The position numbers were made by a program, and so were the translations under genes. A stretch of 64,000 bases of DNA from Octopus vulgaris (taxonomy: Eukaryota). Shown piece by piece: positions 55,791 through 64,000 of this stretch. The stretch's first letter is position 1. Every line of letters begins with the position of its first letter. The stretch is from positions 13,392,001 to 13,456,000 of the forward strand of contig OX597819.1 of NCBI GenBank assembly GCA_951406725.2, in the 5' to 3' direction. Below the pieces are notes generated by a model. That model was not told the origin of the DNA, searched no databases, and was given only the letters and a program-made list of their open reading frames with translations.

Positions 55791-58700
55791 GTAGTTGGGG
55801 AGAATCATAGTCATGTGTTGAGAGGAATTCTTTGGGATTTGGATAATTCACCTTTGGAAACATGGGTGTTTTGTTCATCACCCTTAAACAACCCTTATTC
55901 AGGGACCTTTTGAGCAGGATAGGTTGGGAAGGGCATCCAGCTTATTAATATTCTATATTAATAAGCAAAAACTGATTTATAGCATGTGTAAATTAAGAAT
56001 CTTTGAAATTATTAAACGCGGAAACTTCTACATGTTTGCTCAATCCACTACAAATAGCAGCCAAATATCCCTCATATCACACTCTTCTGCCTTAAAATAT
56101 GAAGGACACATTGAGTACTGTAGCATGGAAGCAAGAAGGCAAGATGTCCAAGTTCCACAACTCTTTACTGAAATAGTGCAATTGTTTTCATTATTTACAT
56201 TATTTACATTTGACGGATATATGTTCTCATCTTGTTTGTTGTTAACACAACATTTCGGCTGATATACCCTCCAGCTTTCTTCAGGTGTTTTAGGCAAATT
56301 TCGAACTTGGGTTCTCATTCCTAAGGTATTCTTCGATATTATTATTATTATTGTTGTTCAAGTCACTGCTTGGAATCGAACTCAGCATATGGCGTAGTGG
56401 TTAAGAGCGTGGGCTACTAACCCCAAGATTCCGAGTTCAATTCCAAACATCGAAGAATACCTTAGGAATCAGAACCCAAGTTCGAAATTTCCCCAAGACA
56501 CTTGAAGAAGGCTGGAGGGTATATCAGCTGAAACATGTTAGCAACAAACAAGATGAGGACAAATATCCATCGAATGTAAATAATGTACATAATTCCTCAT
56601 CTCTTTAATATAGAACTGTGCAATTGTTTTGTTTTATTTTATGATAAAATGTCTCAGTGTGCAATAGATTGTAGTGTGACCTGTTTAATCCCTGTTGTGA
56701 GGTTGTCATGTCTGAGAGTTGTTAAGACGTGGGAAGTGAATTGGCAGGATTGGTAGAGCATCGGACAAAGTGTGATTTTTGGTTACATCTCTTTGCAGTC
56801 TTGAGTTCAAATCCTATCCAAGTCTAATCTGCCTTTTATGCTTCTAAGCTTGGTAAAAATAATACTACTGTCAATGACTCTAACTTAGAATCTATTACTT
56901 TAGTCTATAAGTGTAAAACAATGAAAGGTTGTTCAACTAAACTTTATATTTTGTTATGAATGTGGTTGATGCTGGTGCTCCCTGACTGGCTCCCGTGCTG
57001 GTGGTACATAAAAAGCACCATCTGAACATGGTCGATGCTAGGTCTGCCTAGCTGACTCCCATACCGGTGGTATGTAAAAAGCACCATTCGAATGTGGTTG
57101 ATGCTGGTGCCCCCTGACTGGCTCCCATGCTGGTGGTACATAAAAAGCACCATCTGAACATGGTCGATGCCAGGTCTGCATGACTGACTCCCATGCCGGT
57201 GGCATGTAAAAAGCACTGTCCAAACATTATCAATGTCAGGCCCACCTGACTGACTCCCGTGCCAGTGGCACATAAAAAGCACCATCCAAATATGGCTAAT
57301 GCCAGTGAGGGTCATCTGACTGGCTCCCGTGCCAGTGGCACATAAAAAGCACCATCCAAATATGGCTAATGCCAGTGCCCCCTGACTGGCTCCTGTGCCG
57401 GTGGCACATAAAAAGAACTGTCCGGACATGATCAATGCCAGGGTCATCTGACTGACTCCCGTGCCAGTGGCACATAAAAAGCACCATCCAAATATGGCTA
57501 ATGCCAGTGCCCCCTGACTGGCTCCCGTGCTGGTGGTACATAAAAAGAACTGTCCGGACATGATCAATGCCAGGGTCATCTGACTAGCTCCTGTGCTGGT
57601 GGCACATGAAGAGCATCCACTACACTCTTGGAGTGGTTGGTGTTAGGAAGGGCATCCAACTGTAGATATCTATATATATAAAACTCTAGTTGTGTGAGTG
57701 TCTGTCCCCTTCGATTTAGATTCCTAACTCCTCCCACATTTTGCGGTGCAGTTTAACCAAATTCGGGTATCTTATAGTCGTGATTCATATCGAGCCCGTC
57801 TGACTATTAGCGCGCGTCAACGATGAGTCTACGATTTTAAAAATAATTTAACATCATTTTTTATTCCATTTTAATGCATAAAATGCATCGTGTGTCGATG
57901 GCGGCGGAGTTGGCGTCCACGCTCACAGCTGCACCTGTTTGCTTTTCCCCCTTCCCTCCCTCGTGAAGCTGTGGGGAAGGGAGTGTAAAGAAATCAACGT
58001 CGTAATGCGTTGTGAAGGAAACCAGCGTTCTTTTAGAACAACGACTTCATGGCTTGAAAACACCAAACCAAAAATGGCTAAGAAAGCCTGAATTTATAAG
58101 GGAAGTAACTTTCTAAAAATGCTTATATAGTTATTTCCCTTACAAACCCGAGCGATACTGCTAGTCTTTATATATAAAAGTAAGGTTGTATGTCTGTCTC
58201 CTACGATTTAGATTCCTAACTACTCCCACATTTTGTGGTGCAGTTTAACCAAAACCGGGTATCTTATAGTTGTGATTCATATCGACCTCTTCTGGGTATT
58301 AGCGCGCGTCTACGATTTTAAAAAAAATTACCATCATTTTTTTCCATTTTAATCCATTTTTTTCGCTATTATATAAGGGAAGTAACTCTCTAAAAATGTC
58401 TACGATGTGTCAACGATTTAAAAAAAATTTACCATAATTTTTTTTCCATGCCATTTTTTTGCTATTTTTTGGCTATAACTCTCTAAAAATGCTTATATAG
58501 TTATTTCCCTTACAAACCCGAGCAACGCTGGGCGATACTGCTAGTTTGATAATATAGTTCTAGATACACTAAAAATGAGACAAAATAGTTATGGCTAGAA
58601 TGTCCTGGGGTTGACCAGTGGGGTAGGGGCTAAAGAGAAATCTGTGTATAATGAAAATATTAATCAGTTCTGTTTCTTAAATCAAAATTCTATTTTCCAT

Positions 58701-59510
58701 TTCAGGCTGTTATCTGGGAATTTCAATTTGGTTGTCAGTATGCATGGATGCTGTGCATCTTTTCAGTGATAATTGCTTACAGTATTCCATGTCCAATGGT
58801 AACAACATTTGGTAGGTATTCATTCGAAATATTGTGTATAACTTTTGAAATTTACTACTGGAATTAAAATGTTAATAATATCTCTTACATTATTAGTGAA
58901 TACAGCTTGTTCAAACAAACTTAGAAAAAAACTTACATTAGGTGCAGGAGTGGCTGTGTGATAAGTAGCTTGCTTACCAACCACATGGTTCCGGGTTCAG
59001 TCCCACTGTGTGGCATCTTGGGCAAGTGTCTTCTGCTATAGCCTCGGGCCAACCAAAGCCTTGTGAGTGGATTTGGTAGACGGAAACTGAAAGAAGCCCG
59101 TCATATATATGTACATATATATATGTGTGTGTGTGTTTGTCCCCCTAGCATTGCTTGACAACCGATGCTGGTGTGTTTGTGTCCCCGATACTTAACGGTT
59201 CGGCAAAAGAGACCGATAGAATAAGTACTGGGCTTACAAAAAGAATAAGTCCCGGGGTGGAGTTGCTCGATTAAAGGCGGTGCTCCAGCATGGCCGCAGT
59301 CAAATGACTGAAACAAGTAAAAGAGTAAAAGAGTAAAGAGTAACACTTTTGTTACCAACTCACCTCAGACTATCCTTGATTCTATAATACAAAGTTCCTG
59401 TTTTAAATGATGTTAAAACTTTCCATCAAAATTTCATGTTCATTTATCTTCCACACTACAGCCTATAGATAATAATGATGATGATAATAATGATAATAAT
59501 AATAATGATG

Positions 59511-59547
<37 letters not shown>

Positions 59548-62497
59548 TAATAATAATAATAATAAAAACACTTTCAATACAGTAACCATAAGAGCATCAC
59601 AACAAATCACAGCACATACCCAAGGCACACAGAGCTGTGATTTGGATAATTCACCTTTGAGAACATGGGTGTTTTGTTCATCATCCTTAAACAACCCTTA
59701 TTCAGGGACCTTTTGAGCAGGATAGGTTACTTGACCCGAAGAAAATTCTAACTGGGCTCCACCTGCAAGGTCATGCACTATTTATCTTAAAACAAAATCA
59801 CCCTATCACACACACACGATTGTGATGCATGTGCCTAGTGTACCCTTATCAGACGGGTAGTCATGATGGGTATACTGGGCTTCATGTATTTGTACCCCAG
59901 TGTCACTTTGAAGGCATACACTGCTCTCTCACTCAATAATAATAATAACAAAGTTTTGTTGTGTCTGAGGAGAGTCATATTACCTTAATATCTAACACAC
60001 AAGTTCAATGTCCACTCATTCGTTATTTATATATTTTTTCCTATTAAATTGTTCGTTATTTTCAAAATTCATTGTAACAAAGGCAATGTATTTCAACAGA
60101 ATATAAGAAAAGGGTTAAATATTACAGCTTTAGGAATCTCAAACCAAATTTAGAAAAACTGAGAATAATAAGACCACTGTCTCCTTTATTGGTGCTTCCT
60201 ATCTCCTCTTTTACTTGTTTCTAGTAAGCTGTAGTGCCCCTGAACCCTATATACAATAAGCTGATTATTGCTTTTAAAATAAGCAGGGGAAAAGTTATAA
60301 TTAAATTAAGAAAATATACAAGAATATAAAAATGATATTGAATTTCTTATGAAATATATATTGTTGCTATCATTTGTTATTGTTTTTCTATTTTAGGTCT
60401 AATATATCTTGCCATGAAACACATGGTTGATCGCTATAATATATATTTTGCATACAAGCCATCTCGTATCAACAAACACATCCACACAACAGCCGTGAAC
60501 TTTGTTATAGTCTCTGTAATATTACTCCAAATTGTTATAGTATTCTTCACAGCACTACGTCTAAGTAAGTATTTTGATAATTCTCTCTTTAATATTACTA
60601 ATTATTGCGGAGGAGTGATCTGCTCCAATGGTAGAACACCTGGCATGTGTGCAGGAAATGCAGTTTCGAATCCTATGGACTTCCTTTGATTCTCGTTTTT
60701 AAGGCAGCAAGCTGGCAGAATCGTTACCACACCAGGTGAAATGCTTAGCAGTATTTCATCTGTCTTTATGTTTATCGTCATCATCATTGTCATTTAATGT
60801 CTCCTTTCCATGCTGGCATGGGTTGGACGGTTTGACTGAGGGCTGGCGAGCCAGAAGGCTGCACCAGGTTCCAATCTAATCTGGCAATGTTTCTACAGCT
60901 GGATGCCCTTCCTAACGCCAACCACTCTGAGAGTGTAGTGGGTGCATTTTACATGCCACTGGCATGAGGGTCAATCAGGCGGTACTGGCATGGGCCATGC
61001 TTTGATGGTGCTTTTTATGTGCCACCAGTCAGCTGGCACCAGCAACGACCATGCTCGAATGGTGCTTTTTATGTGCCACTGTCACAGGTGCCAGTCAGGC
61101 GATACTGTCATTGGCCATGACGATGACTTCACTTGCCTCAACAGGTCTTCGCAAGCACAGTTTATTACATTCTGAGTTCAAATTCCGCCGAAATCAACTT
61201 TGCCTTTCATCTTTTCGGGGTCGATAAATAAAGTACCATTTGCATACTCAAGTCGATCTAATTGACTGGCCCCCTCCCCCAAAATTTCCGGCCTTGTGCT
61301 TAGAGTAGAAAAGACTGTTACTAATTATCATTAATAATTTTACTTTATATTCTTTTTGAGACTGTCATCCTTTGTAACATAACGAGGATTATTACATCTA
61401 AAAATTAGTGTTGCGTAGCAATAAGTTGTTTGCAAGTTAATGGGTTGGTTTCAATTTAAGCTCCACTGTCCTCTTTGGTCAGCCACAGAAATTATACCAA
61501 AGGTGACATTTGAGCTTGACGCAATCCAACCCTTGCAAGCATCGGAAAGCAGATATACCTCAAGTGCTGAAGAGGCTGCTATGCACTTTTAGCCAGCATG
61601 CCTGAAGAATTTATCAAAACTGTCCAGTGGCAATATTTGACATGAAAACGACGGTAACATTCTGACAGTGAGGAGGAGGAGGCTAAAACTGCTTGACTTA
61701 ACCCATTCTAACATTACTTCTGCTTCTTTGAAACAAAACTGTTTCCTTTAAAGTTTTCCTACTTCTATCAGAATCCTTCCTTACAAAACTGTTCTGTATT
61801 TTTGAGATGAGGAATTCTGTACATTATTTACATTGGATGGATATGCATCCTCATCTAGTCTGTTGCTACCTTCCTTCCTTAAAGTTTATATTCAAAACTC
61901 CTTTTTATGTTCCCAACACCATGATAAAAGCCAAAAAATAAGAACCATTGGTTAATTTCTTGAAATTCTGGTTTGAAATATTGGTTTCAAATTTTTGCAC
62001 AAGGCCAGCGATTTCTGGGGTGGGGCTGGGGTAAGTTGATTACATCAACCCCAGTGCTTAACTGATACTTAGGCTATCAACGCTGAAAGAGTATCATTAT
62101 ATTGTTAGAAATTTGATTATAAAAGACTTTATGACCCACATAGAACTTTTGGAAAAGATATGAATGTTACACTTTCTGATTTTGTCTTTGACTTTATAGA
62201 ACTATACATCATCATCATCGTCGTCATCATTCTTAATCACACACCTCTGCCAGTGTAAAGAAATAGGTATAAAATATGTGGTTTTGGTTAAAATTGATAG
62301 AAATTAGGTAACCAAACATTTAATGTTATGTTTAGATTATATGTGGTGAAGTGGTTAATAATAATAATAATAATAATAAAAACACTTTCAATACAGTAAC
62401 CATAAGAGCATCTCAACAAGCCACAGCACATACCCAAGGCACACAAAGCTGCGCTCAGTAGTGAAGTGAAAGCACAATATAAAGATAAAACTACTGA

Positions 62498-62531
<34 letters not shown>

Positions 62532-62774
62532 GTAGTAGTAGTTGGGGAGAATCATAGCCATGTGTTGAGAGGAATTCTTTGGGATTTCAAAATCCTCAAA
62601 TCACTCATTAAAATTACATTTATTTATTCATTTCTTTGTATTTTTCTCTCCTGTTTAGCGGATACGTTTCAACCGACGTTTCTATTCTCACTGGTTGCTC
62701 TGGTCTTCACACTCCTCGTATTCTTTGGTCGTATCAGTTTTGGTTGGTTTAAAGGGCTGACGCCAAATTATAAG
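22132..62774 (+). CDS. TMEM63: TMEM63/CSC1-like (OSCA/TMEM63 family) mechano/osmosensitive cation channel, partial gene, 18 exons in window
   Basis: Hand-spliced exons all have AG/GT boundaries and compatible phases, giving 642 codons without a stop. Family motifs: GFCSWI, KCGRDAVQYLSFQR, FGHTTIAN, APSPGNIYWENL, LFFLTTPAII, FMVLILPSLGLTS, GAFFVNYVITSAFIG, EFQFG-YAWMLC, KHMVDRYN. N- and C-terminal exons not found in window. Confidence 0.96.
22390..22793. repeat. Complex (TG/TA)n microsatellite; similar tracts at 23255-23482 and 24280-24468
   Basis: Direct inspection. Confidence 0.95.
22794..22876 (+). pseudogene. Partial duplicate of TMEM63 exon a including its 5' splice site
   Basis: Identical to 22143-22228 except one C>T and a 3-nt deletion. 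Confidence 0.93.
22897..23199 (+). mobile_element. Decayed three-C2H2-zinc-finger ORF remnant, probably the 3' end of an RTE-type LINE
   Basis: CVVCGWRCFIHAGLVSHQNSH, CAKCGRVCLSVGGLKRHVK*VH, CLVCNKMFKSLAGLKGHIRASH in one frame with two TGA stops; followed by short UTR and microsatellite. Confidence 0.75.
25090..25670 (-). mobile_element. SINE family A interrupted by family B SINE (+, ~25321-25550)
   Basis: acatatac duplicated either side of the inner SINE. Confidence 0.82.
25946..26172 (+). mobile_element. SINE family B whose 3' end seeds the 69-bp satellite
   Basis: ggtggcaagctggcagaaacgttagc head ... gtgggtaataaagaaata end. Confidence 0.88.
26126..28999. repeat. Satellite, 69-bp unit, ~42 copies
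   Basis: Unit ttatctttgtttgtcccctctatgtttagccccctgtgggtaataaagaaataaatggtgggagacacg. Confidence 0.98.
32499..32536 (+). CDS. TMEM63: TMEM63 exon b: GFCSWIAAFIRV(K)
   Basis: tttttag| ... |gtaaga; 38 nt; GFCSW motif. Confidence 0.93.
32852..32991 (+). CDS. TMEM63: TMEM63 exon c: DADILRKCGRDAVQYLSFQRYLLVYLCVICTLSTAVVLPVNFQGNL
   Basis: ctttgcag| ... |gtaagt; 140 nt. Confidence 0.95.
33298..33349 (+). CDS. TMEM63: TMEM63 exon d: (V)GNSTDFGHTTIANVDS
   Basis: ttttcag| ... |gtaagg; 52 nt. Confidence 0.94.
33552..33771. mobile_element. piggyBac-like MITE
   Basis: TTAA|ccctttag...ctaaaggg|TTAA. Confidence 0.85.
35349..35457 (+). CDS. TMEM63: TMEM63 exon e: SQLLWIHVLLAIIYLMIAVFFMQHFSHSLQFEEDDQ
   Basis: tttttcag| ... 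|gtaaca; 109 nt; LLWxH TM motif. Confidence 0.94.
37075..37690 (-). mobile_element. Family C element with a nested family B SINE (~37212-37442)
   Basis: taatacc duplicated around the inner SINE; outer element resumes aaccactc. Confidence 0.8.
38330..38706 (+). mobile_element. tRNA-derived SINE family D
   Basis: ggaggcacaatggctcagtggttagg...ggtttcgattccc head. Confidence 0.8.
38760..39242 (+). mobile_element. Family C element with inverted internal units
   Basis: Ends ggacattaaacgatgatgatg; 5' part is a nested fold-back. Confidence 0.82.
39310..39383 (+). CDS. TMEM63: TMEM63 exon f: VSKTLMISNIPKDKCFKSIVLQHF
   Basis: tttctag| ... |gtgagt; 74 nt. Confidence 0.94.
42514..42594 (+). CDS. TMEM63: TMEM63 exon g: ESYEDISILDIQFAYDITKLVKLDSN
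   Basis: ttattaaag| ... |gtaagt; 81 nt; AAG acceptor. Confidence 0.92.
44698..44824 (+). CDS. TMEM63: TMEM63 exon h: RRALEAKVNSENEYHKTGQRPTLRPYHCGQFCCCCNRCGCQN
   Basis: gttgcag| ... |gtgagg; 127 nt; Cys cluster of the cytosolic loop. Confidence 0.93.
45276..45409 (+). CDS. TMEM63: TMEM63 exon i: VDAIEYYTEDEMRLSNKVETEKVCAYQRPLGMAFLTLATDVMAE
   Basis: gtctcag| ... |gtaagt; 134 nt; VDAIEYY and PLGMAF motifs. Confidence 0.95.
45438..46142. mobile_element. Three tandem TTAA-flanked piggyBac-like MITE copies
   Basis: ttaacc...aaagggttaa x3, with identical spacer gaattgtttctct..atatattt between copies. Confidence 0.8.
46394..46820 (+). mobile_element. (AAT)n-tailed interspersed repeat (probable LINE 3' region) inside an AAT tract
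   Basis: Homologous segments at 55790, 59640, 62535; ends ctctctcactc(aat)n. Confidence 0.65.
47165..47910 (+). mobile_element. Composite SINE: family A head + array of ~21-bp units + family C tail
   Basis: tRNA head to 47253, gtgcca(c/t)gtgaagagcac units 47255-47780, then gtggttggcgttaggaagggc. Confidence 0.75.
48135..48260 (+). CDS. TMEM63: TMEM63 exon j: VHQDFQAVCQGVHNSAVSSVSEEIGVGHWEISYAPSPGNIY
   Basis: ttattag| ... |gtaagg; 126 nt. Confidence 0.94.
48410..48823 (-). mobile_element. Dimeric SINE family B
   Basis: Same internal junction as 8529-8943. Confidence 0.85.
49981..50263 (-). mobile_element. CR1/L2-type LINE 3' remnant with (TTA)n tail
   Basis: Minus-strand TCGHAYKV..FRKHFFMLRVAEAWNKLPASVV..SFK resembles the CR1 ORF2 C-terminal RGH..R.FF..RV..WN.LP..VV..FK motif. 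Confidence 0.82.
50379..50532 (+). CDS. TMEM63: TMEM63 exon k: (W)ENLSIPVWNWWLRVILINTVLTVLLFFLTTPAIIMNQLNEINYQKAFHDLH
   Basis: ctttctag| ... |gtaagt; 154 nt. Confidence 0.95.
50692..51095 (-). mobile_element. Dimeric SINE family B
   Basis: TSD ttctct(g/a)ttaa(t/c)ctt at 50677-50691 and 51096-51110; same junction. Confidence 0.85.
51495..51601 (+). CDS. TMEM63: TMEM63 exon l: NELLVQFVPTFLIWILSAILPIIVYYSDQYIGYWT
   Basis: ttttcag| ... |gtaaga; 107 nt. Confidence 0.95.
51770..52024. mobile_element. hAT (Charlie-like) MITE
   Basis: TIR cagtggttcccaaa / tttgggaaccactg; 8-bp TSD ttctagat / ttttagat. Confidence 0.88.
53198..53403. mobile_element. Tc1/mariner-like palindromic MITE
   Basis: TA|caggggtgggcaaaag...cttttgcccacctttg|TA; imperfect inverted repeat over most of its length. 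Confidence 0.82.
53560..53646 (+). CDS. TMEM63: TMEM63 exon m: SAEHHAVMRKTFIFLVFMVLILPSLGLT
   Basis: gttccag| ... |gtataa; 87 nt. Confidence 0.95.
53826..54234 (-). mobile_element. SINE family A, full length, well preserved
   Basis: Near reverse complement of 58940-59340. Confidence 0.9.
54755..54811 (+). CDS. TMEM63: TMEM63 exon n: VKALLEWAVKDKQHRYRW
   Basis: ctgtttcag| ... |gtaagt; 57 nt; phases fit both neighbours. Confidence 0.9.
55118..55338. mobile_element. piggyBac-like MITE
   Basis: TTAA|ccctttgg...ctaaaggg; homologous to 33552-33771. Confidence 0.8.
55432..55594 (+). CDS. TMEM63: TMEM63 exon o: CIFVSGNGAFFVNYVITSAFIGTGLELMRFSELFNYGIRIMCARSTAEKTAVRK
   Basis: ttccacag| ... |gtgagt; 163 nt. 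Confidence 0.96.
56189..56617. mobile_element. Fold-back element with tRNA-like head and degenerate hammerhead motif in each arm (copy 2)
   Basis: 13-bp TSD gtgcaattgtttt at 56176-56188 and 56618-56630; A/B boxes 56385-56444; homologous to 5967-6408. Confidence 0.85.
56960..57665 (+). mobile_element. Family C element with ~10 internal ~60-bp tandem units
   Basis: Repeated gactggctcccgtgccagtggcacataaaaagcaccat units then gtggttggtgttaggaagggcatcc. Confidence 0.82.
57669..58544 (+). mobile_element. Head-to-tail dimer of non-autonomous Helitrons (57669-58164, 58165-58544)
   Basis: A|TCtatatatataaa starts, CTAG ends, final hairpin cccgagcaacgctggg, inserted between A and T. Confidence 0.88.
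58706..58811 (+). CDS. TMEM63: TMEM63 exon p: AVIWEFQFGCQYAWMLCIFSVIIAYSIPCPMVTTF
   Basis: atttcag| ... |gtaggt; 106 nt. Confidence 0.95.
58940..59340 (+). mobile_element. SINE family A, full length, well preserved
   Basis: ggtgcaggagtggctgtgtgataag..gggttcagtccc head to (gtaaaaga)n tail. Confidence 0.9.
59566..59948 (+). mobile_element. Composite of an R4/Dong-like LINE 3' end (KTLSIQ*) and the AAT-tailed repeat; related copies at 55640 and 62380
   Basis: aaaacactttcaatacagtaaccataagagcatc... located in (AAT)n tracts; clade assignment is from memory of the C-terminal motif and TAA targeting. Confidence 0.55.
60397..60564 (+). CDS. TMEM63: TMEM63 exon q: (G)LIYLAMKHMVDRYNIYFAYKPSRINKHIHTTAVNFVIVSVILLQIVIVFFTALRL
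   Basis: attttag| ... |gtaagt; 168 nt. Confidence 0.96.
62659..62774 (+). CDS. TMEM63: TMEM63 exon r: DTFQPTFLFSLVALVFTLLVFFGRISFGWFKGLTPNYK
   Basis: ctgtttag| ... |gtaagt; 116 nt; last TM helix. Confidence 0.92.
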
Positions 62775-64000
62775 GTAAGTTTCTTCTACAAACAGAAAGA
62801 AATAAGTTGTTTGTCCAGACAAAAACAAACAAAAAATCCAGAAAACATTTATACAAATTATTTTCTATTTAAAAACATTAAGCTCCTATACTTTCCAAAG
62901 GCTTTCGTTGGTCCTAGGCTATGGTAGAAGTCACTTGTCCAAAGTGCAGCACAATGACATCAACTGAAGGTCACAGAGCGGTGAAGTTAATAATCACACA
63001 GCCATGCCTTCACTGGTAAGCAGAATGCTGCATAGAAACACTAGCAGAATAATACTTACGAAGTTTGAATAGATTGATATTTGAATGATACATTGAGTTC
63101 ATAGAAAGACAAACCTAATGGGCTCCAAAAAGTTCCCAAAAAGAACTCAATAAGCATCCAATGGTGCTCAGAAATGGTTATTTAATAAAATATTTCTGAA
63201 ACATTCAAAATTGACATTTGAAAAAAAAAAATGGTAGAAAAAATACTAAAAATGCAAAAACAATTTTAGTCTGAGCAATCTTTTGTCAGGAGATTTGTAG
63301 CAAGGAATTGATATCTATTATTAGTTTTCTAACACTTATAAAATGGTTAATGTTCAGAAATTACTCAGACCTTTCAAGAATCAACTTTTAGTTTCCTCAA
63401 ATTTTGTGTATTTGAAGAAAATTTGGTTAGTGAAACAAAGATTCTCCATTAATATTTAATTCCATTCTGGAAAAAAGAAATTATGGTGTATTGAAAGCAT
63501 TTTTGAGAAACACAATATATTAGGGGTACAACCCTATTCTCTAGGCTTGTAATTGTTTCTGATTTCTTTCCAATTCCTTCAAAAGTTTAATAAATATTAA
63601 TTTGGGGTGGGAGCCATATTCTGTTTCAAGATTACTTAAAAGTTCCACTTTTTACAATACCACTTACCAATTTCTTCAACTGTATCAAATCTAGCAACTT
63701 GAGAATTTTGTACTTAAGATATTCCTGTTAATTCTTTGATGATTTTGTTCTTCAGATTTGGTATTCTTCCTGGATATGTAATGAACTAGGCATTACAAAA
63801 CACACTTTAAAAGCATTCTGAAAGCCACCCATAATTACACTATATATACATTATGTATATATGTGTGTGTGTATATATTTGAAAAAAATGAATAGAAATG
63901 GCTTTTCTAGCAATTTCTCCATTTAATTATGAGTTTATAAATTATTAGCTGTTGATCTATAAACACATAATTTATAAACATTTTTATTATTAAAGCGGAA

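Noticed and set aside
56385-56444. tRNA genes at tRNA-like heads (also 17050-17118, 21058, 38330, 58940)
   Set aside because: A/B boxes present but no complete acceptor stem; each continues into a repeat body, so they are SINE heads.

Overview
Eukaryotic, AT-rich and repeat-dense DNA; the SINE and microsatellite landscape looks like a coleoid cephalopod (Octopus-like, inferred). The only host gene is a + strand TMEM63/CSC1-like (OSCA/TMEM63 mechano/osmosensitive channel) gene. I could splice 18 GT-AG exons by hand (22132..62774, 1927 nt, 642 uninterrupted codons); its first and last exons lie outside the window. The introns hold two satellites (62-bp and 69-bp units), several tRNA-derived SINE families, non-autonomous Helitrons and HINE/DINE-like elements, piggyBac-, hAT- and Tc1/mariner-like MITEs, LINE remnants and microsatellites. 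Most unusual: (1) fold-back elements joining a tRNA-like Pol III head to a minimal hammerhead-ribozyme motif (candidate Penelope-mobilised tRNA/ribozyme SINE); (2) a frame-preserving duplicate of a TMEM63 exon abutting a decayed 3xC2H2 zinc-finger LINE end; (3) a satellite born from a SINE 3' end plus its TSD, laying ~42 poly(A)-signal-like units in the sense intron; (4) a Gln homologous to the mammalian TMEM63B Q/R editing site. Nearly all entries in the supplied ORF track are repeat artefacts.
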